A stretch of DNA of 64,000 nt from Leptospira sp. (lineage in GTDB: Bacteria > Spirochaetota > Leptospiria > Leptospirales > Leptospiraceae), in assembly GCA_034439575.1 (NCBI GenBank), contig JAWXAQ010000027.1:288001-352000 (forward strand), given 5' to 3'. The notes beneath the pieces were generated by a model. It searched no databases. It had not been told where the DNA came from and saw only the letters and a program-made list of their open reading frames with translations. Below are positions 1 to 9,506 of this stretch, one piece after another. The position numbers and the translations under genes were made by a program. Position 1 is the stretch's first letter. Each line of letters opens with the position of its first letter.

Positions 1-668
1 GAACGAAGAGTAAGATCAAGTCGATTGTAATAGGCTCCAAGATCAGATCTCAAACGATTTACTTTTGAAATCGCATCATCTAACACTTGCAGAGAACCAT
101 TCGCCTTTTCCGAAGTAGAAAGTGTCAATCTATCAGTGCCTGATTTTAATTTTAAAGAAGAGCTGTTCATAGTGTTGATATAAATATCTACACGTTCACC
201 AGCATTACTTCCCACTTGCACTGACATAGGATTTTTTCCAGCTCGAGAAAAACGACCGTCAAGTGGACGGACTTTGTTAAACTCGGCAGTGGTTCCGATT
301 CTTTCTACTTCTTCTACTAATTGCGAAACTTCCAATTGCACAAGCTTACGGTCGTCATTCGAATAGATCCCGTTAGATGATTGGACTGATAGTTCTCGTA
401 GTCTTTGTAGAATCGAGTTGACTTGTTCTAAAGAGCCTTCAGTGACTTGCAAAAAAGAGAGCCCATCCTGAGCATTTCTCTCCGCTTGTCCAAGTCCTCT
501 GATTTGACTTCTGAGTTTTTCAGAGACTGCAAAACCAGGAGCATCATCCCCAGGGCGATTGAGTCGCATGCCCGTGGATAGACGCTCCATGGACTTGTCC
601 ATGTCCCTACTGGTGTTTTGAAGAGCCCGCTTCGCGATGAGCGCACTCACGTTGTGATTGATAATCAT
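1..668 (-). CDS. flaB: Flagellin (periplasmic flagellar filament core protein FlaB), running off the window edge
   Basis: Absent from the ORF track; translated by hand from ATG at 668: MIINHNVSALIAKRAL...MERLSTGMRLNRPGDDAPGFAVSEKLRSQIRGLGQAERNAQDG...LQRLRELSVQSSNG...RSDLGAYYNRL. AGGAGG SD lies upstream. Confidence 0.97.
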   Translation of the reverse strand, partial: MIINHNVSALIAKRALQNTSRDMDKSMERLSTGMRLNRPGDDAPGFAVSEKLRSQIRGLGQAERNAQDGLSFLQVTEGSLEQVNSILQRLRELSVQSSNGIYSNDDRKLVQLEVSQLVEEVERIGTTAEFNKVRPLDGRFSRAGKNPMSVQVGSNAGERVDIYINTMNSSSLKLKSGTDRLTLSTSEKANGSLQVLDDAISKVNRLRSDLGAYYNRLDLTLR

Positions 669-671
669 AGT

Positions 672-717
672 CACACCCTCCTGTGTGTACATGACCCGAT
701 TGTTTCCCTACAATCGG
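672..717 (-). promoter_or_regulatory. Two GGA-loop hairpins in the flaB leader (candidate CsrA sites)
   Basis: Minus strand: CACAC-AGGAGG-GTGTG (672-687, SD in the loop) and CCGATTGT-AGGGAA-ACAATCGG (696-717). Confidence 0.65.
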
Positions 718-738
718 AGAAAAACGGATTCAATTTCA
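711..738 (-). promoter_or_regulatory. Putative sigma28 (FliA) promoter of flaB
   Basis: TGAA-N16-TCCGATTG on the minus strand, resembling TAAA-N15/16-GCCGATAA and located upstream of a flagellin gene. Confidence 0.55.
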
Positions 739-869
739 AACGCATAGAGTTTGATTGAGAGAGAAGGAGCTGCCTTTCCTTTTGTCCCTCTTGAATTTTG
801 CCTTTCCCTTTCAGTCTATCATCTTAATTCTGTGTCTGTAAAGAAAATTTGTCTAAAAGGAATGCATTT

Positions 870-1433
870 TTGAAAATCTATACCAAAGCGGGTGATGCAG
901 GGGAGACCTATCTTGCCTCCGGAACCAAAGTCACAAAAACTGATCCCAGAGTCGCCTTATATGGAACTTGTGATGAATTGAATTCTGTCATAGGATTTGC
1001 TATTTCATTTTCCTCGGTGAATGAAGAAACTTTTACCAATTTTCTATCCCACACCCAAAATCTATTATTTGAGATAGGTTCTGAACTTGCAGGATACATT
1101 CCCAAAGACAGGGAATCCACTTGTTTGTTTGCATCCGACATTACCGATATAGAAAATGAAATTGATCGACTAACAGAAAGTTTAAGTCCATTAAGAAGTT
1201 TTATTTTACCCAGGGGTTCTTCTTTTGCGGCAGGCTTACACATGGCTCGCACAGTCTGTCGGAGGCTTGAAAGAGATGTATTGGTCTATGTTGAATCTGG
1301 TGGGGCCATATCAATGGAAATCCGTACATATTTAAATCGACTTTCGGATTACTTTTTTACTGCGGCTCGTTATGCGAATTTTTTAGTCAGTCATAAAGAA
1401 TCAGAATGGAAAAGCAGAACCAAAAAACAATAG
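870..1433 (+). CDS. ATP:cob(I)alamin adenosyltransferase, PduO type
   Basis: KIYTKAGDAGET, YGTCDELNS, ARTVCRRLER and YLNRLSDYFF motifs. TTG at 870 is a more likely start than 849. Confidence 0.93.
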   Translation: MKIYTKAGDAGETYLASGTKVTKTDPRVALYGTCDELNSVIGFAISFSSVNEETFTNFLSHTQNLLFEIGSELAGYIPKDRESTCLFASDITDIENEIDRLTESLSPLRSFILPRGSSFAAGLHMARTVCRRLERDVLVYVESGGAISMEIRTYLNRLSDYFFTAARYANFLVSHKESEWKSRTKKQ

Positions 1434-2701
1434 CTTTCAAGAACCACCCAAAAGGTCTTGTTTCTCTTTTTCTCACAGAAATGTGGGAGAGGACAAGTTA
1501 TTATGGGATGCGTGCACTTCTTGTTTTATATCTTGTTAAAGAATTACATTTTTCAGATGAGAAGGCCACAGAAATTTACGGCTTATATACAAGTTTTGTT
1601 TATCTAACCCCAGTGATTGGTGGATTTCTCGCGGATAAATTTTTGGGACAAAAAAGATCTATTTATCTCGGCTCTTTACTAATGTTATGTGGTCATCTCT
1701 CCCTTGCTTTGCCAAAAACAGAATTTTTCTATCTCGGTTTGGTACTTCTTGTTTTGGGAAATGGATTTTTTAAACCAAATATGTCTGCACTTGTCGGACG
1801 ACTCTATGAGCACAAACCAGAGTTACGTGATAGTGGTTATACTATTTTTTATATGGGAATCAATGTAGGTGGACTCATTGGCCCAATTATCTGTGGGAGT
1901 TTGGGAGAACGTATCAATTGGCACTTTGGATTTGGTGCTGCTGGTATCGGTATGGCAATTGGGATTCTCATTTTTTATTTAGGTTCTAAAACATTTCCGA
2001 GTGAAATCTGGGAATCATCCAGTGAGAGAGCCATTCGAAAAAATGAAGATGATGCCAATAACAAATATAAGATTGGCCTTATTTTAATTTTATCTATATT
2101 TAGCATTTTGTTTTGGATGGCGTTTGAACAGATGGGTTCTTCCATGAATTTGTTTGCCGATCGTTATACTGACCGAGAGATATTTGGCTGGCAAGTACCA
2201 GCATCATTTTTTCAATCCATAAACCCATTGTTTATCCTGTGTCTTGCACCTCTTGTAGCTATCCTTTGGGACAGTTTGGCAAAATATTCCATACAACCAG
2301 ATCCGATTCTCAAATTTGTGATGAGTTTGTTTTTTTTAGGTCTGGGATTTTTAGTAATGGTATTTGCCGCTCGGGAAAATGCTGAAGGAGTGATATTTTC
2401 AAGCATCTGGTTTTTGTTTGGTGCTTATTTTTGGAATACTATGAGTGAATTGTTTTTATCTCCCGTTGGTCTTTCCTTTGTGAGTTCGACAGCCCCATCT
2501 AAATTTGCTGGGATGTTAATGGGTATCTGGTTTTTATCCAATGCCTTTGGACATTTGTTAGCTGGTTACTTAGCAGGTTATTTTGGAAAGATGGAAAATT
2601 TGGCAGATTTTTTTACTTTTTTTGTCATTAGCTCTTGGTTAGGTGCAATTCTGCTTTTGGCGATTTGGACAAAAATAGCAAAATGGATGCATTATAAATA
2701 A
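1406..2701 (+). CDS. Proton-dependent oligopeptide transporter (POT/PTR2, MFS)
   Basis: HPKGL..LF.TEMWER.SYYGMR, GNGFFKPN, FYMGINVG and ELFLSPVGLS motifs. Confidence 0.95.
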   Translation: MEKQNQKTIAFKNHPKGLVSLFLTEMWERTSYYGMRALLVLYLVKELHFSDEKATEIYGLYTSFVYLTPVIGGFLADKFLGQKRSIYLGSLLMLCGHLSLALPKTEFFYLGLVLLVLGNGFFKPNMSALVGRLYEHKPELRDSGYTIFYMGINVGGLIGPIICGSLGERINWHFGFGAAGIGMAIGILIFYLGSKTFPSEIWESSSERAIRKNEDDANNKYKIGLILILSIFSILFWMAFEQMGSSMNLFADRYTDREIFGWQVPASFFQSINPLFILCLAPLVAILWDSLAKYSIQPDPILKFVMSLFFLGLGFLVMVFAARENAEGVIFSSIWFLFGAYFWNTMSELFLSPVGLSFVSSTAPSKFAGMLMGIWFLSNAFGHLLAGYLAGYFGKMENLADFFTFFVISSWLGAILLLAIWTKIAKWMHYK

Positions 2702-2717
2702 TAAATAGATCTTTTCC

Positions 2718-4466
2718 TTAACCTGATGTTTGATTCACGAGTTCTTCGATTTCTGTAAATTTTTCTTCTGCCGCTAAATCCAATACCTGTTCTGCAAGTA
2801 GTTTGGATTTCCAAACACTGCATTCCGTGATTCGTTTTTTCACTTTTTTTAAGAGTGGGAGTGCACAAGATAAATCTCTGTACCCAAGGCCTATGAGAAC
2901 TGAAGTAAACATGGGATCACTTCCGATCTCTCCGCAAATGGATACTGGCTTTTTTTGGGATTTTGCCACTTCTGCGATATTTTTTAGCAATAGCAAAAAT
3001 ACCACCTGCCAAGGGTTATATAGATCGTTGACTGTATGATTATTTCTTTCGACGGCTAGTAAATATTGCAATAAGTCATTTGTGCCTACACTATAAAAAT
3101 CAATATGTTTTCCAAGAAAGGGAAGGTTTAAAGCACAAGCGGGTGTTTCTACCATAATCCCAAAAGGGATTGATTTATTTAATGTGAAGCCACTTGTTTT
3201 TAATTCTTCAATGCACTCATTCCATAAAACTTTAGATTGAAGGATTTCCGCCAAAGTCGTGATCATCGGTAACATCACTTGCATGGTTCCGTATTCGCTC
3301 GCACGAAGGAGAGCTCGGATTTGTTCTTTAAAAAAATGCGGATGACGCAAAAGATACCGGATACCTCGGTTTCCCAAAAATGGATTTGATTCTTCATATC
3401 CATTTTCCATTTTGTCGGCACCAATATCCCACACACGAAAAGTAACTGGTTTGTCCTTCATATGTATTAGAATTTGTTTATATACATTAAACTGTTCTTC
3501 TTCTGTCGGTTTGTGATCTTTGTACTGGATAAATAATATCTCTGTCCGAACAAGGCCAATGCCATCAGCACCTTTTTCCAAAGCTAGGGGAACTTCATCC
3601 AGCGAATCAATATTAACTTTTAATAAAAAGAGAGTCCCATCTTTGGTTTTTAATTCAGGAGGTAGAACCTCTTCCATAACAGGCGTTTTGAATTCACTTT
3701 GAAGGCCAAATAGTTTAATATCATTTAAGTTAGGTGATCTATTGATGAATCCTTTTACCGAATCGAGCAAAATGTAATCTTCATCTTCAACATGAGATGT
3801 GATATTTTTAAGTCCTACAATGGTTGGTATTCCAAAATTACGAGCAATGATGGCCATATGACCCGTTTTGCCTCCGTAATCTGTTGCTATGCCTGTGATT
3901 TTTGACTTATCAAGTGTGATCATTTCCGAAGGAGTAATTTCTTTGGCGACTAAGATGCAAGACTCAGGAAGAATAGAATTTAAATCTTGGTTTTGTTCGC
4001 TAACGTCCGATAGGTTGGTTTCTAATCTTTTTCCAATATCTAAAAGATGATCTGCTCTTTCTCGAAAATAGGGATCAGGAATATTCTGAAATTCTTCATA
4101 AAGGGAACTAACCGCTGTTGCTAGGGCAAGGTTTGCACTTTCAAAATTGAGTTGGATGCGTTCTACAACCTTTGCCCGGAAAATGGGATCATTCAAAAAA
4201 ACGATTTGAGATTCTATAATTTCTGCTAGTTCTTGTTGGTTTGGATTGTGCCTACAGGTATCCTTGATTTTTGCCAATTCATCTTCGGTTTTTTTTAAGC
4301 TGGATTTAAAAAGTTCCAGTTCCGCTTTGCTTTCTTGGGAACTTAGGCCTGTACGGGTCTCGCGTTTCTTTTTCGGCGGTTTCCATTTGTAAACTTGGCC
4401 ATAAACAACACCAGGGTAGGCAGATATTCCTTTGAAAATAATCTTTTCATCTACCATGGGATCCAT
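2718..4466 (-). CDS. ptsI: Phosphoenolpyruvate-protein phosphotransferase (PTS enzyme I), no GAF domain
   Basis: GGKTGHMAI phospho-His motif, GIGLVRTE, NPFLGNRGIR, SVGTNDLLQY and ICGE. Start may be 4466 or 4457. Confidence 0.93.
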   Translation of the reverse strand: MDPMVDEKIIFKGISAYPGVVYGQVYKWKPPKKKRETRTGLSSQESKAELELFKSSLKKTEDELAKIKDTCRHNPNQQELAEIIESQIVFLNDPIFRAKVVERIQLNFESANLALATAVSSLYEEFQNIPDPYFRERADHLLDIGKRLETNLSDVSEQNQDLNSILPESCILVAKEITPSEMITLDKSKITGIATDYGGKTGHMAIIARNFGIPTIVGLKNITSHVEDEDYILLDSVKGFINRSPNLNDIKLFGLQSEFKTPVMEEVLPPELKTKDGTLFLLKVNIDSLDEVPLALEKGADGIGLVRTEILFIQYKDHKPTEEEQFNVYKQILIHMKDKPVTFRVWDIGADKMENGYEESNPFLGNRGIRYLLRHPHFFKEQIRALLRASEYGTMQVMLPMITTLAEILQSKVLWNECIEELKTSGFTLNKSIPFGIMVETPACALNLPFLGKHIDFYSVGTNDLLQYLLAVERNNHTVNDLYNPWQVVFLLLLKNIAEVAKSQKKPVSICGEIGSDPMFTSVLIGLGYRDLSCALPLLKKVKKRITECSVWKSKLLAEQVLDLAAEEKFTEIEELVNQTSG

Positions 4467-4516
4467 GGCAGAAGTTTCCGGAAAAGGGAGGAGATTGAAA
4501 AGTAAAAAAAAACTAT

Positions 4517-5422
4517 TTAGGAGTTTGCTTCTTTTTTAGCAAAGAGAGGTATTCTTTTGCTTTTGAAGGTCGTCAGTTCATCCCCAGTCACTTTGCTCAT
4601 GATGCATTTCGCAAGGGAGATGTCCAAAGCATGGCCCGCTTTTGAAGCAATCAGGTGACCATAAAATGGTCTTCCCATGACTGCTAAATCACCGACTAAA
4701 TCCAAAATTTTGTGACGAACACATTCATTTTCATAACGTAAACTTTCATTTAAGTAACCATCATCAGTTAGGACAACGGCATTGTCGAGAGAGCCACCAA
4801 GAGCGAGGCCACGAGCTTGTAATGCTTCTACGTCCTTTAAAAAACCAAAGGTTCTTGCAGGAAGGATATCATTTTCGAGTATGGATTCGTCCAATTTTGT
4901 TGTGTAAGATTGGCCTTTGAGTAGAGGGTGATTGAAATCAATATGGTAGGTAACTTTTAATTCGTCTGCGGGAAGCATGACTAAGTATTTGTCTCCATCG
5001 ACTACCCACATAGGGTTTGCGATGCGAATTGGTTCTATCGTTTCTTTTAATTCTTGGATGCCGACACTACGGATTCCTTCAAAAAAAGGAAAAGAAGACC
5101 CATCCATAATGGGAACTTCCACAGCATCGATCTCGAGAATACAATCTGTGATTCCTAAAGTATAAACTGCAGCAAGCATATGTTCGATGGTTTGGACTCG
5201 ATTTGTTCCACCATCGCCAATCGTTGTGGCATTGCTTGTATCGACAACATGATCAAGTGAAATAGGAATGCGAACTTTTGAGCCCCCACGATATAAAAAG
5301 AAAACGAGTCCAGTGCCTGCTTCTGCAGGATGTAACTTTAATGTGACTGTTTTCCCTGAATGAAGACCAATTCCCTTTAATGTAAGTGAACTTTTGATCG
5401 TCTTTCTATGTATTTCTTTCAT
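4517..5422 (-). CDS. lpxC: UDP-3-O-acyl-N-acetylglucosamine deacetylase
   Basis: GIGLHSG, TIEHMLAA, EVPIMDGS, ARTFGF, HKILDLVGDL and GHALD motifs. ATG at 5422 (MKEIHRKTIK). Confidence 0.97.
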   Translation of the reverse strand: MKEIHRKTIKSSLTLKGIGLHSGKTVTLKLHPAEAGTGLVFFLYRGGSKVRIPISLDHVVDTSNATTIGDGGTNRVQTIEHMLAAVYTLGITDCILEIDAVEVPIMDGSSFPFFEGIRSVGIQELKETIEPIRIANPMWVVDGDKYLVMLPADELKVTYHIDFNHPLLKGQSYTTKLDESILENDILPARTFGFLKDVEALQARGLALGGSLDNAVVLTDDGYLNESLRYENECVRHKILDLVGDLAVMGRPFYGHLIASKAGHALDISLAKCIMSKVTGDELTTFKSKRIPLFAKKEANS

Positions 5423-5467
5423 TTCTTTATCTTTTCCAATGATCCAAAGAGGATATATACCTATTAC

Positions 5468-5483
5468 TGCAAGGATCATGCCA
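5468..5483 (-). promoter_or_regulatory. Sigma54 (-24/-12) promoter of lpxC
   Basis: Minus strand TGGCATGATCCTTGCA gives GG-N10-GC with TGGCA/TTGCA flanks, 46 bp upstream of the ATG. Confidence 0.75.
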
Positions 5484-5614
5484 AAAGGGATTTTTAGAGG
5501 ATTAAAATCAAAAAAGGGAATAGGATTGTCTTTGCGAGCAAAGACGCCTGAAAAAACGTTCAAATAATGAACAATAGCGTTAATTTTAGCTGATTTTAAG
5601 TGAAAAAAGGGAAA

Positions 5615-5653
5615 AGTGTCTCCTTTTTACAACAGTGTCTCTATTTTGCAACA
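5615..5653. repeat. Tandem 19-bp direct repeat of TGT-N12-ACA boxes (candidate enhancer for a sigma54 activator)
   Basis: TGTCTCCTTTTTACAACA (5617-5634) and TGTCTCTATTTTGCAACA (5636-5653), each preceded by AG. Confidence 0.7.
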
Positions 5654-5655
5654 AA

Positions 5656-6429
5656 TCAAAAAGCCGAAAGAGCCGAGCGAATGAAACTAGTAACAGGTGC
5701 TTGTTCGCGTGTGTCTTCCAAACCTTCGCGGATTTCCTTTAACACGACTTGGGCGTCACCTAAGGTGGTATTTACGGACTTGTGCACATCACTTTCATTG
5801 ATAAGTTTGCCAAGTGTGCCTTTTCCATCGTTGATTTTGCCTGTGATGTCTGAAATATTTTGCACCGTCTTACGGATATCAGCTCTATTTTCTGCGATGA
5901 GCTCGGATAAGGAGACAAGCGGGTCTTGCGTGACCTTTCCTTGGATCGGAACCATTTTTCCACCTTTTGGTGTGATAACAACTGGGCTGTGTACGGTGCC
6001 GTCCATTTGAAATTGTTTGGTTCCAGGATCTATGGAGAATTTGGAACCTGGATCTAGAGCCACAACACGACCAGAAAGCAGACTCTCATTTTTGATCACG
6101 ATTTGGTAGTTGTCGTACAAATTGATCGGGGCTTTTAAGAGGAGGGTTAATTCTACCTTGGTTCCAATGCCAGGTGTGCCTTCTGGTAAAATTTCACCTG
6201 ATTCACTGATTTGGACCAAACGAATTTTGGAGACATACCCGAAGGGAACTCCATGGATTGTGACTTTGCCACCGACCTTGATGCCTTCCGCATCTGGGAA
6301 GTAGACTGATAAATTGAATCCTTCTTTTTGAAAGGGTCCACCTTCTGTAACGATGGTAAAATACCCAACTGCTAGTAGGGCGAAAATGAAAAGTATTCCT
6401 ACAATAAGGCTACGTCCTAAGGATTTCAT
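5656..6429 (-). CDS. mlaD: MCE/MlaD family lipid transport protein
   Basis: N-terminal TM helix, MCE motif [25 protein letters not shown], and a C-terminal G.GTLGKLIN helix. Confidence 0.9.
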   Translation of the reverse strand: MKSLGRSLIVGILFIFALLAVGYFTIVTEGGPFQKEGFNLSVYFPDAEGIKVGGKVTIHGVPFGYVSKIRLVQISESGEILPEGTPGIGTKVELTLLLKAPINLYDNYQIVIKNESLLSGRVVALDPGSKFSIDPGTKQFQMDGTVHSPVVITPKGGKMVPIQGKVTQDPLVSLSELIAENRADIRKTVQNISDITGKINDGKGTLGKLINESDVHKSVNTTLGDAQVVLKEIREGLEDTREQAPVTSFIRSALSAF

Positions 6430-6464
6430 TTATGCTTTAGTATCGGTATTTTTAGGGGGATACG

Positions 6465-7253
6465 TCAATTTGATTTTACCTGTTTCAATTCGGAATGGTC
6501 GAGAACCATAGGACCTTCTGTTTTTCCGTGAATGAACTGTTGTATGACGGGGTTTGTTGAATTTTGAATTTCTAAAGAGGTACCACAAAAGAGAACCTGA
6601 CCTTCATATAAAAAACTAATCCGATCGGCGATGCGGTAGGCTGAATTCATATCATGTGTCACAACGATACTCGTTAGACCCAGTTCCTTTTGCATTCGGA
6701 CCACTAAATCATTGATCACATTGGACATAACGGGATCAAGACCAGAGGTGGGTTCATCATACATAACGATTTCAGGCTGTGAAGTAAGGGCACGAGCAAG
6801 TCCCACCCGTTTTTTCATACCACCGGAGATATTACTCGGCATCGTATCCTTGGCGGGAACAAGGTCTAACCAGCGCAATTTTTCCATCACAATGTGGTCC
6901 AATTCTTCGCCGTCTGCTATTTTGTGTTCTCGTAGTGGCAATGCGACATTTTCATATACAGTTAGCCAATTGATAAGCGCACCAGATTGGAAAAGAACGC
7001 CTAACTTTGATCTAAGTCTTTCTTTTGTTTTGTCGGCGGCAAAACTAATTGATTCGCCAAAAATCAAACATTCTCCCATATCAGGATCAAGTAATCCTGT
7101 TAGGTGTTTTAAGCTGACAGATTTTCCAGTACCTGATGGTCCAAGGATCACCATAGTTTCGCCTTTTTTTACCTTTAAATTCATACCTTTCAGAATCTTT
7201 CGTTCTCCGAAAGCTTTATGAACATTTTTCATTTCTATGGCTATAGTTTCCAT
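6465..7253 (-). CDS. mlaF: ABC ATPase, MlaF/Mkl family
   Basis: [40 protein letters not shown] and VTHD motifs. Confidence 0.93.
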   Translation of the reverse strand: METIAIEMKNVHKAFGERKILKGMNLKVKKGETMVILGPSGTGKSVSLKHLTGLLDPDMGECLIFGESISFAADKTKERLRSKLGVLFQSGALINWLTVYENVALPLREHKIADGEELDHIVMEKLRWLDLVPAKDTMPSNISGGMKKRVGLARALTSQPEIVMYDEPTSGLDPVMSNVINDLVVRMQKELGLTSIVVTHDMNSAYRIADRISFLYEGQVLFCGTSLEIQNSTNPVIQQFIHGKTEGPMVLDHSELKQVKSN

Positions 7254-7260
7254 ATATGTC

Positions 7261-8037
7261 TCACTTGTAAAAAATGGCTGTTATCACATAACCAAAAAAT
7301 ATTACCATCAAAAATGATGTGACAACTGCTTGGCGTGTAGTTTGTCCGACACCAATGGCTCCACCAGTCGTTCTTAAACCTTGGCTGCAAGATACTGTAG
7401 CAATGATCAGTCCAAAAACATATCCTTTCAAAACTCCCACATATAAATCTTTAAGTCCAGGTATGGATGAAATTCTATAATATACGTCCTGCATATAACT
7501 CATGATATCTATGCCCAATTGAAAGTGACCAACGATGGCACCACCTAATATCCCTAATGTGGATGAATAAATGCACAAAATGGGAACCATAACTGAAAAT
7601 CCAAAAATTCGTGGCATCACTAAGTACCTTACAGGATCAATGGACATGACTTCCAATGCGTCAATTTCTTCTGATACCTTCATTGTCCCAATCTCTGCAG
7701 CCATGGCAGAACCGACAGATGCGGCTAGAATCAGGGAGGTCATAAAAGGAGACATCTCTCTTGTAAGTGTTATGGTAAGTAACAATCCGATTTGTCCCTC
7801 AGCTCCAAAGTCACGTAGACCTAGACCTGTGTTTAAACCCATAATCATCCCAGTAAAAATAGAAACAATACTTACTACAAAAAGGGAACCGACCCCAGCA
7901 ATAAACATCTGTTCCATGATTTCACGGCGTTTGAAAAAAACTTGGTGGGATTGTGCAAAGGCACGAAAGAGTAGTAAGACGGTGAATCCTATGGCATCAA
8001 GCGTTGGACCAATTGTTTTTTCAAAATATTTTTTCAT
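7261..8037 (-). CDS. mlaE: MlaE family ABC permease
   Basis: [36 protein letters not shown] and GAIGVG..T..AVV motifs. Confidence 0.95.
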   Translation of the reverse strand: MKKYFEKTIGPTLDAIGFTVLLLFRAFAQSHQVFFKRREIMEQMFIAGVGSLFVVSIVSIFTGMIMGLNTGLGLRDFGAEGQIGLLLTITLTREMSPFMTSLILAASVGSAMAAEIGTMKVSEEIDALEVMSIDPVRYLVMPRIFGFSVMVPILCIYSSTLGILGGAIVGHFQLGIDIMSYMQDVYYRISSIPGLKDLYVGVLKGYVFGLIIATVSCSQGLRTTGGAIGVGQTTRQAVVTSFLMVIFFGYVITAIFYK

Positions 8038-9461
8038 ATTTCAATTAACCAAAATAATTTAACTTTACTTTTTTCACTTCGAGTGTCAAGGCCAACCAGT
8101 CCATATAGAAAGTCATACTTAAAACCAGATTCATTGATCGTATATTCAGCTAACAATGGTATATGTAAATGAAATTCCTCTTCTGACCATCTCTGAGTAT
8201 ACAGTCTTGAAACTAAATGCAGTCTTTTTTCTCCATTATTAAGTTTTTTATATTCAATGATGGAAAAGATTGGTTCCCAAATCTCTTCCAATGCTTCAAA
8301 ACGAACTGGTATAAGTGAAATCGTATTCCAACCAGAATTGCCCTCACTGTCTCTATGATAACGGAGAAGTGGCCAAAATTTCCAATACAAGTCACTACGT
8401 CCAGTACCTGGATATTCTTGTTTGATATGCGTGAATAGAGGAAGTATATAATAAGATTTTGCCTTTAGGTGGTTTGTATTTTGGGATAGGCTGATATAAA
8501 AAGGAGTAATAAATTCGGCTTCTTTATTAGCAAAATAAGAATAGCCATAAAAGGGGAAGAAGACAATTTTTTCAGTATCCTTTTTTGTGGAGGTCGTGTA
8601 TTGGAAAAAGAAAAAGAGAGCAGAAATATTCTTTTGTCCTGTTTTGTTATCATAACCATAGGAGAATAAAGAATTTAGAATAGGAAACCATAGGATGGCT
8701 CGACTTTTCATACTTCCACTTTCAGTATCTTTGGCGAGATAAAAGGGAAAAAAAAGTTTGTAAGTCATGGGATCTTTTTTATCCATTCGTTCTTCGCCCC
8801 ATTGAAAGAAAGGCCAAAGTATCGAATAACGACTGTACTTCCCTAAATGTTTTTTGTGAGAATAAAATGGAAATATCCGCAGATCATCTCTTGTTTCCGA
8901 TTTGCCTCTCATTGTCAGTGGCCATAAAATTGATTGAGCTTCGTAGGATTTATATTTCCATTCTGAATAGAGGGGAAATAAAAAGAGTGGGAAAAAATAA
9001 TACTTAATCTTTTGATAAGAAAGTTTATTTTGCATGGTTCCATAAATTGGATACACGCTTATATATTTTTCTTTGGGTGTGTCGCCTGAACCCCAAAAGA
9101 AGAAAGGGGATAAAAATATATCTTCATCATTCTCACCTTCTTCATGTTTGATACCGGTACCAGTAAAAAAAAATAAAGATGACCACGCATACCAATGATT
9201 AGTTTCCTCTCTATAATAAAGCGGACTTAAAATCGTTTTGAATTTGAGGGCTGTCGTTTTATCTTGAAAACTTCCGTAAAAGGGACGAACATACAAACTC
9301 GATTGGTTGGCTCTCGATTCACTTTCATACAAAAACCAAAATTGGTAATAATCAGAGGGGATGTCTTCTGTGAAGGTATAGGGAAGTTTGGCCTCAAGTG
9401 AAAAATTAAAAAATAGAATACAAATCCAAACTAGACATTGTTTTCTTAAAACATTTGACAC
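8034..9461 (-). CDS. Secreted aromatic-rich repeat protein of unknown function, first gene of the mla/mce operon
   Basis: Signal-peptide-like N-terminus and about 20 recurring (F/W)P(F/L)(Y/F) units. ATGA overlap with mlaE. Start uncertain. Confidence 0.75.
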   Translation of the reverse strand: MSNVLRKQCLVWICILFFNFSLEAKLPYTFTEDIPSDYYQFWFLYESESRANQSSLYVRPFYGSFQDKTTALKFKTILSPLYYREETNHWYAWSSLFFFTGTGIKHEEGENDEDIFLSPFFFWGSGDTPKEKYISVYPIYGTMQNKLSYQKIKYYFFPLFLFPLYSEWKYKSYEAQSILWPLTMRGKSETRDDLRIFPFYSHKKHLGKYSRYSILWPFFQWGEERMDKKDPMTYKLFFPFYLAKDTESGSMKSRAILWFPILNSLFSYGYDNKTGQKNISALFFFFQYTTSTKKDTEKIVFFPFYGYSYFANKEAEFITPFYISLSQNTNHLKAKSYYILPLFTHIKQEYPGTGRSDLYWKFWPLLRYHRDSEGNSGWNTISLIPVRFEALEEIWEPIFSIIEYKKLNNGEKRLHLVSRLYTQRWSEEEFHLHIPLLAEYTINESGFKYDFLYGLVGLDTRSEKSKVKLFWLIEI

Positions 9462-9506
9462 TAACTTACAATATAGGCTGTTAGCTATGAGGAATCAAGT
9501 GATTTC

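Noticed and set aside
428-646. 72-aa minus-strand ORF
   Set aside because: Alternate frame inside the flagellin gene.
740-869. Cobalamin riboswitch upstream of the PduO-type gene
   Set aside because: The region is short and pyrimidine-rich, with no B12-box seen.
4455-4469. CCATGG-GAT-CCATGG palindrome at the ptsI start
   Set aside because: Short and explained by the Met-Asp-Pro-Met codons; no other support.
5423-5563. N-terminal extension of LpxC in the ORF track
   Set aside because: LpxC homology begins at MKEIHRKT, and the extension runs through the sigma54 promoter.
5600-8062. Antisense ORFs of 130-170 aa over mlaD/F/E and similar shadow ORFs throughout the window
   Set aside because: They lie opposite well-supported genes and show no motifs or SD.
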